Assembly (NCBI GenBank): GCA_965200315.1
Contig: OZ241362.1
Location: forward strand, 4,960,001-5,024,000
Source: Candidatus Latescibacterota bacterium
GTDB lineage: Bacteria; Latescibacterota; UBA2968; UBA8231
Direction: 5' to 3'
DNA: 64,000 bases
Shown: positions 49,262 to 59,297 of the stretch, piece after piece
Layout: the number at the start of each line of letters is the position of its first letter
Position numbering within the stretch: the stretch's first letter is position 1
Made by a program: the position numbers and the translations under genes
The notes under the pieces: generated by a model
What the model saw: the letters and a program-made list of their open reading frames with translations, nothing else
What the model was told of the DNA's origin: nothing
Database searches by the model: none

Positions 49262-50100
49262 CTACTTTTTGCTCCCTGACCGATTGAGCAACAGATAATC
49301 AATCGGCTCCTCAATGAATTCCGCATTGTGATTTAGACCACAATCATCGGGAAAGGCCCTTTCACAACCGGTGTTGAACATCAGCGGCCCGCGATTCCTG
49401 TACCAAGAGATACATTGAACTAGGGCGATCATATGCCGCGGCCGATCCGAGCGATTCGGCACACCTCGATGCCAGAGCCGCATATCCCTGATCAGTACGC
49501 TTCCCTTTTTGGCGCACCCGCTCACGGGGGGAGCAACCTTCCGTTGCGCCTCTTCAGTTTTCTCGTCGATCACCGTTTCCGGGAAGGTGTGCAGATGCGT
49601 ACCCGGCCACAGCTCTACGGCCCCGTTCTCTTCAGTCACATCGTGCGGAGAGATATTCACCACCACGCACGCGGTCGGGTGGGCGGGCTCGTGCCCGGGC
49701 CATAGATGAGGCCCGTCCCGGTGCAACGGCTGGGTACCGCTGCCGGGACAATTGGTGTTTCCGCTGTAAAAGCTGTTGAAAATTCCCTCGCCTAAGAGGG
49801 CGGTGTTGACTTGGATCACAAGCGGATTGGCGACAATCTCGCGCAAGACAAAGGGAGCGAACGGAGGCGGTCCCTGTTGCAGGTGGCCTTTGCGACCTCC
49901 GGCCCCGCCCCACTGCTCCCGATCGATCAAGACCTTGGAATCCTGATCCATCTTCTCCCGAAGCATATCGAGCGGCTCATGGGGACCGCATTTTCGATGA
50001 CGACATATCCGTCCCGCCTGATTGCCTCCACCGCCTGTTTGAGGCGTCCGGGGCTCATGCGCTGAGATTCCGTTTCCTGCTTGGTAAGAGAGATTATCAT
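49262..50100 (-). pseudogene. PhyH-family dioxygenase with a frameshift near 49982 (possibly an assembly error)
   Basis: MIISLTKQE..AIRRDGYVVIENAVP joins HEPLDMLREK.. if one C is added to the CCCC run. LHRD, ENGAVELWPGTH and DMRLWHRGVPNRS are intact. Confidence 0.75.
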
Positions 50101-50208
50101 CGGGGTTGCCTTCCGGGAATCCTTGAGACAGGAAATGCGTGGGCAGGAAAAACGGGATTTTGGCTGGTTTTGGAAAGGCCCCTAGGCAAGTCCGACTTGA
50201 ATAGATCG

Positions 50209-50237
50209 TTGACAGTGCCTGGCTGGCGATCTATACT
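50209..50237 (+). promoter_or_regulatory. Putative sigma-70 promoter
   Basis: TTGACA-N17-TATACT upstream of ORF 50280. Confidence 0.7.
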
Positions 50238-50279
50238 GCACGCCGATAATACACATCGCATTACATCATTGAGAAGCCC

Positions 50280-51290
50280 ATGATTATATCCCGAATAATC
50301 GTCCACCAGCCCGCTGGTTTGTTGCGCATTCTGACCGACTCGGGCTTGGAAGGTCAATGCACTGGGGTTGCGCCCACGATCGCCGGCCCCGATGTGGCCG
50401 CGGCCTCCACCCTCATCAATGCGAATCCCGTCAATCGCGAGCGGGTATGGCAGGCGTTCAACGAGGCGGACGGGAAGGTGCCTTTCGCATTGCGCGCCTG
50501 TATCGATGTCGCCTTGTGGGACCTCGCGGCCAAGGTCGCCGGCCAGCCGGTTCATCGGCATGTCAACGGCTTTCGCAACCGCATTCCGGTGTGCAGGCGG
50601 GGTTCGGAGCAAAGCTCGGTGGAAGGAATCGTCGCGGAAGCGCAGGAAGCGCTGCGTGCGGGTTTCCGGGCGTACAAATTCGACGCCCTTTTGGACGAAG
50701 AGTCGCTCATCGACCTGATAGGGAACGTGCGCCGGGCTGTAGGACCAGATTTTTGCCTGCTGCTCGACGGCCGGGCGCGATGGATCATTGATCAGGCGAT
50801 ACGGCTCGGCAGAGCGCTCGACGACGCAGACTTTTTCTGTTTTGATCGGCCGCGGCCCGACAACGATATTTCCGGCGGCAGGCAGCTAGCCGCCGCGATA
50901 GATACCCCGACCAGCACGGGCATATCCAGTCCTATGGAAGCGGCCCAAGTCATGGCCGCCGCGGCGGCCGACCATGTTCTCACCAGTGTAACCCGGGCCG
51001 GCGGTATGACAGATGTTCTCAAAGCCGCCCGCTGCGCCGAAGCCTTCGGGGCCTACTGCCATTTGGACGGTTTGGGGATATGCGACGGCTTTGCCCATCT
51101 GCATCTCGCGGGCACCATCCGCAACACGCCCTTTCTGGAGGTGGCCGACGGTCCATCTCCTGCGCCGTTTATCGAAAATCCGCTACAGATATGCGATGGA
51201 TACATCGAGATTCCCGCTGCGCCGGGACTGGGCATGGAGATCAACATGGGTGCCGTCGCCGAGCACACCGAAGGACTGATTGAGAGCTGA
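50280..51290 (+). CDS. Mandelate racemase/muconate lactonizing enzyme family protein (degenerate active site)
   Basis: IDVALWDLAAKVAGQPVH, GFRAYK, LLLDG, PGLGME. Confidence 0.8.
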   Translation: MIISRIIVHQPAGLLRILTDSGLEGQCTGVAPTIAGPDVAAASTLINANPVNRERVWQAFNEADGKVPFALRACIDVALWDLAAKVAGQPVHRHVNGFRNRIPVCRRGSEQSSVEGIVAEAQEALRAGFRAYKFDALLDEESLIDLIGNVRRAVGPDFCLLLDGRARWIIDQAIRLGRALDDADFFCFDRPRPDNDISGGRQLAAAIDTPTSTGISSPMEAAQVMAAAAADHVLTSVTRAGGMTDVLKAARCAEAFGAYCHLDGLGICDGFAHLHLAGTIRNTPFLEVADGPSPAPFIENPLQICDGYIEIPAAPGLGMEINMGAVAEHTEGLIES

Positions 51291-51296
51291 GGCCCT

Positions 51297-52484
51297 ATGC
51301 AGATTCGAGATGTGAAATGTTACCTATTGCAGGGCGAACCCGCGACGCGGCAGGAAAATTGCGCGGCCAGAGGAAGCATCGCCCCCGTGCCGCCGGGTAT
51401 CTCCGGCCTGCTCACCCACGATCAGGGATTCGGTGCGGCCAGTCCCGAGGGATTTACGTTTACCGGGGAAGAGCCCGAGCCGACTTATCGCCTGATGATT
51501 CGGCTTGTGACGGATGGCGAACTGGATGCGTACGCCGATTATGCCACGGGTTTTGATCCTCGGGAATTGGAGTGGCAGGCTAAGGCGTTTCTGGCCCGGT
51601 ATGCCCACATGCTCATCGGCGTGGATGCCTTTGACCGGGAATACATCTGGCAGCGGTTCTGGATGGCTCAGCGGTTCATGTACACGGGCCGGGGGTTGCT
51701 CGACACCATCGACCGGATGTTGTGGGACTTGGCTAGTCGAAGTGCCCGCCTGCCGATCTACAAGCTGCTCGGAGCCTGCCGCGAAAGCGTCCCCGCCTAC
51801 TGCAATGTCGGCGGCCGGACCATTGACGACTTGGTGGCCCATGCGGTGAAACGGGTGGAAGAAGAGGGGTTTATCGGTTGCAAGGATCACTCGTACCGGG
51901 GGGTGAAAAGCAACGGGGAGATGGCTAGGAAGCTGCGGGAGACGCTGGGCGACGATATCTTGCTCTTCCACGATGCCGTCGAGTCGTACACGGTCGAAGA
52001 GGCTATAAAAATCGGCCGCATACTGGAGAAGTACCACTACAGGTGGATTGAAGAGCCGTTGCAGGACTACGACATCATGGGCCTGAAGAAGCTGTGCGAC
52101 GCCCTCGATCTTCCGGTGCTGACCCTCGAATGGATCGGAGCCATCGGCGGACAGCCCTACAATACGGCACCGTACTTGGCGTTACAGGCCGCGGATATCG
52201 TCCGGCAGCGGGGCATCGGCATCACGGGCCAAGTCAAACAGGCCCAACTGGCCGAGAGCTTTGGCGTCGAGGTACACGGTGGCGATCCCCAGGTCATCCT
52301 GTCCATTGGCAACGACCCCGTTTTTGAAGCTATGGGCGTGCAGCAGCGTCCTCCTGAGGAGGAACTAGACTGCCGGGGTACGGTCGTCGTGGAGAATGGC
52401 GCTCTGTCGATAGCTTGGAGCGACCGCCCTGCGGCGGAACCGGACTGGGACGAGATGGCGCGGAACGCCGTTTTGGTCATTTGA
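51297..52484 (+). CDS. Mandelate racemase/muconate lactonizing enzyme family protein
   Basis: DRMLWDL..LPIYKLLG, GCKDH, FHDAV, WIEEP, TLE, EVHG. Confidence 0.82.
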   Translation: MQIRDVKCYLLQGEPATRQENCAARGSIAPVPPGISGLLTHDQGFGAASPEGFTFTGEEPEPTYRLMIRLVTDGELDAYADYATGFDPRELEWQAKAFLARYAHMLIGVDAFDREYIWQRFWMAQRFMYTGRGLLDTIDRMLWDLASRSARLPIYKLLGACRESVPAYCNVGGRTIDDLVAHAVKRVEEEGFIGCKDHSYRGVKSNGEMARKLRETLGDDILLFHDAVESYTVEEAIKIGRILEKYHYRWIEEPLQDYDIMGLKKLCDALDLPVLTLEWIGAIGGQPYNTAPYLALQAADIVRQRGIGITGQVKQAQLAESFGVEVHGGDPQVILSIGNDPVFEAMGVQQRPPEEELDCRGTVVVENGALSIAWSDRPAAEPDWDEMARNAVLVI

Positions 52485-52498
52485 TCGCGGAACGATCT

Positions 52499-53194
52499 TC
52501 ACAGTAGCGCCTCGGCTAGCTCGGTAAAATTTCCCACCTCTACATCGGGTCGGTATGGCGTTTCTTCGTAAGGCAGGGCGTTGCGGTTGACGAAGATGCC
52601 TCTCATGCCGCAGGCCCGCGCACCCAGCACGTCGAATGAATTGGCCGAAACCATCATGCACTGCCCCACTTCCAAGTCCAGCAAAGTCGCAGCCCGGCGA
52701 TACACCCGAGGATGCGGCTTAAAGGCACCTACTTCTTCAACCGAGATAATGCGATCGAAGTCCCAGCCAATGCGATTGGTCGCCAGATGGGCCAAAAAGT
52801 CTGCCTCGCCATTGGACAGCGCGACTAGGCGGTAGCGCCTCTGTAACTTTTCGAGGGCTGCCCGCACATCGGGGAAGGGGTTGAGGTGCTGCCAAGCGGC
52901 CATGAGCCGGGGGACATCTCCTTCGGCCACGTTTATTCCCTCTAACTTCAAAACGTAGATCAAGGCCCGCCGCACCGTCTCCAAATAGCCGCTGTGGCCC
53001 AACAGGAGGATATTGTCCTGATATTGCTCCAAGCGCTGGCGTACCCGCCATTGGTTCCACAGATGCTCGGGTGCTACCGAAGATCTTTTATCGCGCAGAT
53101 AAGACGCGATGGCCGGGGTCAGGCTGCCGCCCAAGTCGAGGACGGTGCCGAACAGATCGAAAGTGAGGGCTTGTACCGCTGGAAATTTGTTCAT
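52499..53194 (-). CDS. Haloacid dehalogenase type II-like hydrolase
   Basis: TFDLFGTVLD, WRVRQRLE, LSNG, FKPHPRVY, SANSFDV. Confidence 0.85.
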   Translation of the reverse strand: MNKFPAVQALTFDLFGTVLDLGGSLTPAIASYLRDKRSSVAPEHLWNQWRVRQRLEQYQDNILLLGHSGYLETVRRALIYVLKLEGINVAEGDVPRLMAAWQHLNPFPDVRAALEKLQRRYRLVALSNGEADFLAHLATNRIGWDFDRIISVEEVGAFKPHPRVYRRAATLLDLEVGQCMMVSANSFDVLGARACGMRGIFVNRNALPYEETPYRPDVEVGNFTELAEALL

Positions 53195-53420
53195 TGATTC
53201 GCCTTTATAGGTTGTTGAGCTCCTGCTTAAAGTAATCCAATGTATATACCGCTTCTACGGTCCGTTTACTTAGGAGATCCCTTTTGATATACGGCTCTAC
53301 GGCAATCGAGAAACGTCCGCGCATTTGCCTCGTCTCGTTTGTCGCGCGGTAAGCGATTGCGTAATTTACTCTATCTGCAAGCGGTAGAACAAGCACTTTA
53401 TTTAGAATGATTAGTATGCA

Positions 53421-54323
53421 ATGTGCGGTATCGTTGGGCTGTACGTAAAAAAACGCGACTTGGCCGACCAAGTCGGCGCGCTGTTTGCCGAGATGCTAAT
53501 CTGCATGAGCGATCGCGGCCCGGATAGCGCGGGGTTGGCGCTCTACGGCAATGAGCCGCCGCCGGGCTTTATTAAGGTTACCTTGCGGCACGCGGCCGAC
53601 GACTACGACTGGCCGGGGCTGGCCGACCAACTCGGCGCACGCTTTGATTGCGAGGCTAGTCTGCGCGTCAACGCCAACTACGCGGTCATCGCAGTGCGAG
53701 CCAACGCTGATTCGCTGGGGCGGGCGCTAGCTGGATCAGATCCGGGTCTGACGATAATGAGCGTTGGCCGCAGCATTGAGATCCTCAAAGAAATCGGCGC
53801 ACCCGCGGCGATCGTCGATCGCTTCGGCGTCCGCAAGATGCGCGGTACGCACATCATCGGCCACACGCGCATGGCCACCGAGAGCGCGGTGACCACCGAC
53901 GGCTCACATCCCTTTTCTACGGGCATGGACCTCTGTCTCGTACACAACGGTTCGCTGAGCAACCACAATCGGCTGCGTACGCGCTTGGAGCGCAGGGGGA
54001 TTGAAATCCGCACGGAAAATGACTCGGAAGTGGCGGCTGGCTACTTGATGTGGCGGATGCAGCAGGGGGACACCTTGCAACAAGCACTACAAGCAGCACT
54101 CGACGACTTAGACGGCTTCTATACCTTTGCCATTGGCACGGCCGATGGCTTCGCAGTCTTGCGCGACCCGATCGCCTGCAAGCCGGCGGTGCTGGCCGAG
54201 ACGGATGAGTACGTGGCGATGGCCAGCGAGTTTCAGGCGCTATCGAGCTTGCCGGGGATCGACGCCGCCGAGGTGTGGGAGCCCAAGCCGGCGCGGGTGT
54301 ACACTTGGGGAGGGGTGGGATAA
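53421..54323 (+). CDS. mgsA: Class II glutamine amidotransferase, N-methylglutamate synthase subunit A (GlxB)
   Basis: MCGIVG, DRGPDSAG, GHTRMATES, HPF, VHNGSLSN, NDSE, plus operon context. Confidence 0.85.
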   Translation: MCGIVGLYVKKRDLADQVGALFAEMLICMSDRGPDSAGLALYGNEPPPGFIKVTLRHAADDYDWPGLADQLGARFDCEASLRVNANYAVIAVRANADSLGRALAGSDPGLTIMSVGRSIEILKEIGAPAAIVDRFGVRKMRGTHIIGHTRMATESAVTTDGSHPFSTGMDLCLVHNGSLSNHNRLRTRLERRGIEIRTENDSEVAAGYLMWRMQQGDTLQQALQAALDDLDGFYTFAIGTADGFAVLRDPIACKPAVLAETDEYVAMASEFQALSSLPGIDAAEVWEPKPARVYTWGGVG

Positions 54324-54367
54324 TCTACAATAAGTTGCGCTTAGCCTCTGATACCGGATATTACAAT

Positions 54368-55075
54368 ATGAAAAAGAAAAAAGAGAACTTTTTTGGTTCC
54401 GAAGTAGAAAAAGTTTATGGAGAAGTAAAAGGACCATATAACCAGAATAGCATCAAAAAGAGAATCGAAGCTCTTTTCCTCGATAACCTTGGAAAAATTC
54501 TAGCAAGAGAGCAAATCATTGCAGTCGCTAGGGACCCGGTAACCCAAAGAGAACCTGAAAACTGGCATCAGAGATTATCGGAGTTGCGAACTGATGATGG
54601 CTACACAATTTTGTCGTGGAGGAATCGGGGAGATCTAAGAATTCAAGAATACCTTATGCCGACCGCTAAAAAAAGACCAAAAACAAACAAAAGGATCCGT
54701 CCAAATAATCCAGTGTGGTTAAATGTATTGGAGAACGCGGATTACTCTTGTACGTGGGAGGAAGATGGTGTTCGGTGCGGACTTAAAGACGGAGACATAG
54801 ATCCAATCGGAGGAGGTACTGTAAAACTCACACCAGATCATAAGGCCCCTCACTCAATAAACGCTGAGATTGACCCCAATGATCCGAATAAATGGAGAGT
54901 ATTATGTGGACGGCATCAGGTTATGAAGAAGAATTTTTGGGATGATAGCACTGGTAAGATCAATGTCTATGCTATTATTCAAGCTGCGAGTGAGCAAGAA
55001 AAGAAGATAGTCTTCTCTTTTTTAGTCGATTATTTTGGATATCAAATCAATGACAGAAAATTGGAAAGAGGATAG
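54368..55075 (+). CDS. KpnI-like HNH type II restriction endonuclease
   Basis: RIEALFL.NLGK, PENWHQRLSELRTD.GYTILSWR, GDIDPIGGGTVKLTPDH, LCGRHQVMKKN. I recognise these from memory as R.KpnI segments. Low GC. Confidence 0.8.
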   Translation: MKKKKENFFGSEVEKVYGEVKGPYNQNSIKKRIEALFLDNLGKILAREQIIAVARDPVTQREPENWHQRLSELRTDDGYTILSWRNRGDLRIQEYLMPTAKKRPKTNKRIRPNNPVWLNVLENADYSCTWEEDGVRCGLKDGDIDPIGGGTVKLTPDHKAPHSINAEIDPNDPNKWRVLCGRHQVMKKNFWDDSTGKINVYAIIQAASEQEKKIVFSFLVDYFGYQINDRKLERG

Positions 55076-55077
55076 CT

Positions 55078-55887
55078 ATGAATCAGATGACTTTTACGGA
55101 ACTCGACGAAGCTGTGCATAACGGCAGACCTCAAAAGGGCAATGCCATCATACTACCGCCGATGGATGTATTTGAATCCATCGAGTGGGTTAGATTAGCT
55201 GGTATCAAGCCGCGTGTCGTAATGCTCGATCCGTGGTATAATAAGGGTTTTGGAGAAATAAGAGATGATTACAATGATTTTGTCGTGTCCATACTCGAAG
55301 CTCTTATTGGTATATCCGACCACGTATTCTTATGGGGTTTTCCCGAGATCATAGCTCAGTACTTTAATCGCATACCAACTGAGTACAAACTCGTCGCATG
55401 GCTCACTTGGTATTACAAGAATAATCCATCTGTTATTCGCGGATGGCGTTCGAGTCAAAATGCTTGCCTGCACCTTTCTCAAGGGGATGCACAATTATAT
55501 CCTGAACACTTTTTGAACGACATACAAAAAGAAAAATTAAGCAAGGGAAAACTAAGGTATATGCCCGGCCCAACTAGCGTAATAGAAGCGTCCTTATTGG
55601 TGGGTTTTGTAGGCCGGAGTGAGCAAACAGGTCATCCATCTCAAAAACCATTAAAGGTATATGAGCCGCTTTTCTTTATGACGACTAAAGAAGAAGATTT
55701 GATCTATGATCCTATGTGTGGATCTGGGACTACGGGTGCATTTGCCTTAGAACATAATCGGGTCGCAATTTTATCAGACGTCAACGAGGAATATGTTTCT
55801 ATGGTTGAGTCGCGGCTCCTAGAAAAGAGAATTCATTCTAACAGTGCATTGTCCTCAATGCTTAAAGCTGATCTGGAGAGGAATTAG
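55078..55887 (+). CDS. Site-specific amino-DNA methyltransferase (N4C/N6A, beta class)
   Basis: Motif IV variant DPWY precedes HPSQKP and motif I DPMCGSGTTG. Confidence 0.85.
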   Translation: MNQMTFTELDEAVHNGRPQKGNAIILPPMDVFESIEWVRLAGIKPRVVMLDPWYNKGFGEIRDDYNDFVVSILEALIGISDHVFLWGFPEIIAQYFNRIPTEYKLVAWLTWYYKNNPSVIRGWRSSQNACLHLSQGDAQLYPEHFLNDIQKEKLSKGKLRYMPGPTSVIEASLLVGFVGRSEQTGHPSQKPLKVYEPLFFMTTKEEDLIYDPMCGSGTTGAFALEHNRVAILSDVNEEYVSMVESRLLEKRIHSNSALSSMLKADLERN

Positions 55888-55890
55888 CCA

Positions 55891-56583
55891 ATGGGCGCCG
55901 AGGTTTTCGACTTGGCGAGCGGAGAGTTGCGCCAGCTCAACCAGCGCCTGCACGACCTGACCGATGCGGCGGCCAAGACGCCGTGGCGGATTCTGCATCC
56001 GCGCGGTGTACACGCGGTGGCCGCCGGGGTCAATGCGCCGGTGGAAATCGATATCGAAGGCCACGTTGGCTATTATTGCGCCGGCATGAATCAGCGCGCT
56101 CACATCACCGTCCACGGGATGGTCGGGGTTGGGGTAGCCGAGAACATGATGTCGGGGCTGGTGAGAGTGAAGGGCCACGCCAGTCAGTGCGCCGGGGCCA
56201 CTGGGCACGGCGGCTTGCTGGTCATTGAGGGCGACGCGTCGAGCCGTTGCGGGATTTCGATGAAGGGAATCGATATCGTGGTCGGTGGCTCGGTCGGCCA
56301 CAGCAGTTGCTTCATGGCCCAAGCTGGTAACTTAGTCGTCTGCGGCGATGCCGACGAAGCGTTGGGCGACTCCCTGTACGAGGCGCGGATTTTCGTTCGC
56401 GGCCGGGTCGCGGGCTTGGGAGCCGACTGCATTGAAAAGCCCATGCGCGACGATCATGTGAGCGCATTGGCCGAGCTGTTGGCGCGAGCGGAGTTGCCCG
56501 ATGTGCGCCCGGAAGAATTCCGCCGCTACGGGTCGGCGCGCCAGCTTTACAACTTCAAGGTAGATAACGCATCCCAGTACTAG
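55891..56583 (+). CDS. mgsB: GXGXG-motif protein, N-methylglutamate synthase subunit B (GlxC)
   Basis: GYYCAGMN, GVAENMMSG, RCGISMKG, YGSARQLYNF. Confidence 0.88.
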   Translation: MGAEVFDLASGELRQLNQRLHDLTDAAAKTPWRILHPRGVHAVAAGVNAPVEIDIEGHVGYYCAGMNQRAHITVHGMVGVGVAENMMSGLVRVKGHASQCAGATGHGGLLVIEGDASSRCGISMKGIDIVVGGSVGHSSCFMAQAGNLVVCGDADEALGDSLYEARIFVRGRVAGLGADCIEKPMRDDHVSALAELLARAELPDVRPEEFRRYGSARQLYNFKVDNASQY

Positions 56584-56590
56584 ACGCTCT

Positions 56591-57940
56591 ATGACGCAAC
56601 CAAACCACAGCCCAGAGAGCCTGCGCGAATCGGCGACCTTTGGCCGCGACGTCATCTACGAGATCCAGCGTGCGGCGCAGACCGGGATCTACGATATCCG
56701 CGGCTGGGGGGCCAAGCGCCGAGTGCCCCATTTTGACGATTTGGTCTTTTTGGGCGCGAGCATGTCGCGCTATCCGCTGGAGGGCTACCGAGAGTGCTGC
56801 GACACCGATGTGCTACTGGGTACGCGCTACGCCCAAAACCCGATCCACCTCGACATCCCCATTACCATCGCGGGGATGAGCTTTGGCTCGCTGTCGGCGC
56901 AGGCCAAAGAAGCACTCGGCCGCGGTGCCAGCGAGGTGGGCACGAGCACCACGACCGGCGATGGCGGGATGACGCCGGAGGAGCGCGAACAGTCGCGGAT
57001 TTTGGTCTATCAGCTTTTGCCCTCGCGCTACGGCATGAACCCCAACGACCTGCGGAAGGCCGATGCCATCGAGATAGTGCTCGGCCAAGGGGCCAAGCCC
57101 GGCGGCGGCGGGATGCTGTTGGGGCAGAAGATCAGCGACCGCGTCGCCCAGATGCGGACCTTGCCCAAGGACATCGACCAGCGCTCGGCCTGCCGCCACC
57201 CGGACTGGACCGGCCCGGACGACTTGGCGATCAAAATAGTCGAGCTGCGCGAGATTACCGACTGGAAGGTGCCGATTTACGTCAAGATCGGCGCGACTCG
57301 GACTTACTACGACACGCTCTTGGCGATCAAGGCCGGTGCCGACGTGGTGGTGCTCGATGGGATGCAGGGCGGCACGGGCGCGACTCAGGAGGTGTTCATC
57401 GAGCACGTGGGAATTCCGACTCTGCCGGCCGTGCGCCAAGCCGTGGAAGCGCTCAACGAGTTAGATATGCACCGCAAGGTGCAGCTCATTGTGTCTGGCG
57501 GCGTTCGCAGTGGCGCAGATGTGGCCAAAGCCTTGGCGATGGGGGCGGATGCCTGTTCGATTGGCACGGCCGCGCTGATTGCACTGGGCGACAACAGCCC
57601 GCATTTGGATCCCGAGTACCGCAAAATTGGCTCGGCCGCTGGCTTTTACGACGACTTGCAGGACGGCCAAGACCCGGCCGGCATCTCAACCCAGACCGAC
57701 ACCTTGGCTCAGCGTCTCGACCCGGTGGTCGGCGGCCGCCAGCTTGCCAACTATCTGCGGGTAATGACCATGGAGTGCCAGACCATTGCCCGCGCCTGCG
57801 GCAAATCGCACGTTCACAATCTGGAGCCAGAGGACTTGGCGGCGCTGACTATCGAGGCAGCGGCCATGGCCAAAATCCCTTTGGCCGGAACGGATTGGAT
57901 TCCTGGAAACACGCCAACTAAAGGAGCCTGCTGTGGCTGA
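56591..57940 (+). CDS. mgsC: FMN-binding glutamate synthase family, N-methylglutamate synthase subunit C (GlxD)
   Basis: IAGMSFG, STTTGDGGM, GQGAKPGGGG, RSACRHPDW, SGGVR. Confidence 0.9.
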   Translation: MTQPNHSPESLRESATFGRDVIYEIQRAAQTGIYDIRGWGAKRRVPHFDDLVFLGASMSRYPLEGYRECCDTDVLLGTRYAQNPIHLDIPITIAGMSFGSLSAQAKEALGRGASEVGTSTTTGDGGMTPEEREQSRILVYQLLPSRYGMNPNDLRKADAIEIVLGQGAKPGGGGMLLGQKISDRVAQMRTLPKDIDQRSACRHPDWTGPDDLAIKIVELREITDWKVPIYVKIGATRTYYDTLLAIKAGADVVVLDGMQGGTGATQEVFIEHVGIPTLPAVRQAVEALNELDMHRKVQLIVSGGVRSGADVAKALAMGADACSIGTAALIALGDNSPHLDPEYRKIGSAAGFYDDLQDGQDPAGISTQTDTLAQRLDPVVGGRQLANYLRVMTMECQTIARACGKSHVHNLEPEDLAALTIEAAAMAKIPLAGTDWIPGNTPTKGACCG

Positions 57941-59291
57941 ACGCACTCAGATCAAAGAACGCCTCGCCCAAGAGGGCATTGAATTCCTACTAGTACAGTT
58001 CGTCGATATGACCGGTGCGCCCAAAGTGAAGATGGTGCCACTAACGGCACTCGACGACGCGCTTGACGAAGGCGCGGGTTTTGCCGGCGCATCTATTTGG
58101 GGCTTGGGGCAGGGGCCGCACTCGCACGATATGCTGGCGCGGATCGACCTCGATTCGTACGCACGGCTGTCTTGGCAGCCGAACACCGTGCGCTTTGCCA
58201 GCGACCTCTTCGTCGATGGGGAGTCCTATCCCTATTGCTCGCGCACCAACCTCCAGAGGGTACTCGCCGACGCGACTCAGCAGGGCTATGTGTTCAACGT
58301 GGGCATGGAGCCGGAGCACTTTCTCGTCGCACGCGCTGACGACGGTTCGATTCGGCCTTGGGACCCAGACGGCGTGGACTCGTTGGCCAAACCCTGCTAC
58401 GACTTCCGCTCTATGTCGCCGGCCATGGCGTACTTGCAGGAGCTAACTCGGTCGCTCAACGACATGGGTTGGGGTGTTTATCAGTGCGACCACGAGGATG
58501 CCAACGGGCAGTTTGAGGTCAACTTCGACTACGCCGACGCGCTGACTACGTCGGACCGCATCATCTTCTTTAAGATGGCCACCTCGCAGATCGCCAAAAA
58601 GTACGGCGCGATCGCCTCGCACATGCCCAAGCCATTTGCCGATCGCACTGGCAGCGGCTTGCATGCGCACTACCATCTGGCCGACGCCGAATCGGGCGCG
58701 AATCTCTTCTTGGACGAGGGAGACGAGCGGGGATTGGGCTGCTCCAAGCTGGCCTACCACTTCCTCGGCGGCATTTTGCACCACGCGCGTGCGCTCTGCG
58801 CGGTGACTAGCCCGACTGTGAACTGCTACAAGCGCCTACAGCTCGGCGCTGGCATCTATTCAAGCCGTTCGGGCTTTACTTGGACGCCGGCGTTTATCAC
58901 CTACGGCGACAACAACCGCACACAGATGATCCGCACGGCCGGCGAGGGGCATTTTGAAGACCGCACGGTCAGTGCCGCGGCCAATCCCTATCTGGCCTTG
59001 GCCGCCTATCTGGTCGCCGGGCTCGACGGCGTTGAGCGCGGATTGGAGCCGGGTGAGCCGAATTTAGGCAACATGTACGAGCGCTCCCGCGACGAAATTC
59101 GAGCGGCAGAGGTGCAGCTTTTGCCGCAGTCGCTGGCCGAGGCGCTCGACGCACTGCGGGAAGACGAAGTGGTGCAGAGTGCGCTAGGCCCCATCGCCGA
59201 CGAGTTCCTCAAGATAAAAGCCGACGAGTGGGCCGAGTACGACAGCCAAGTCAGCCGCTGGGAGATCGACCGATATTTGACCTCCTGCTGA
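57933..59291 (+). CDS. gmaS: Glutamine synthetase family (GlnT-type) gamma-glutamylmethylamide synthetase
   Basis: GAGFAG, EPEHF, KPCYD, DHEDANGQFEVN, MPKPF, GDNNRT, NPYL. Sits between mgsC and mgdA. Confidence 0.82.
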   Translation: MAERTQIKERLAQEGIEFLLVQFVDMTGAPKVKMVPLTALDDALDEGAGFAGASIWGLGQGPHSHDMLARIDLDSYARLSWQPNTVRFASDLFVDGESYPYCSRTNLQRVLADATQQGYVFNVGMEPEHFLVARADDGSIRPWDPDGVDSLAKPCYDFRSMSPAMAYLQELTRSLNDMGWGVYQCDHEDANGQFEVNFDYADALTTSDRIIFFKMATSQIAKKYGAIASHMPKPFADRTGSGLHAHYHLADAESGANLFLDEGDERGLGCSKLAYHFLGGILHHARALCAVTSPTVNCYKRLQLGAGIYSSRSGFTWTPAFITYGDNNRTQMIRTAGEGHFEDRTVSAAANPYLALAAYLVAGLDGVERGLEPGEPNLGNMYERSRDEIRAAEVQLLPQSLAEALDALREDEVVQSALGPIADEFLKIKADEWAEYDSQVSRWEIDRYLTSC

Positions 59292-59297
59292 AGCTAT

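Noticed and set aside
56794-57921. Long overlapping alternative-frame ORFs (e.g. 56794-57921, 16075-17124, 14283-15095)
   Set aside because: They are Arg/Pro/Ala-rich shadow frames expected in GC-rich genes, with no recognisable motifs.
57933-59291. Ordinary glutamine synthetase/GOGAT or sarcosine oxidase annotation for the cluster
   Set aside because: The joint glxBCD, glnT and soxBDA-like arrangement is the recognised N-methylglutamate pathway layout.
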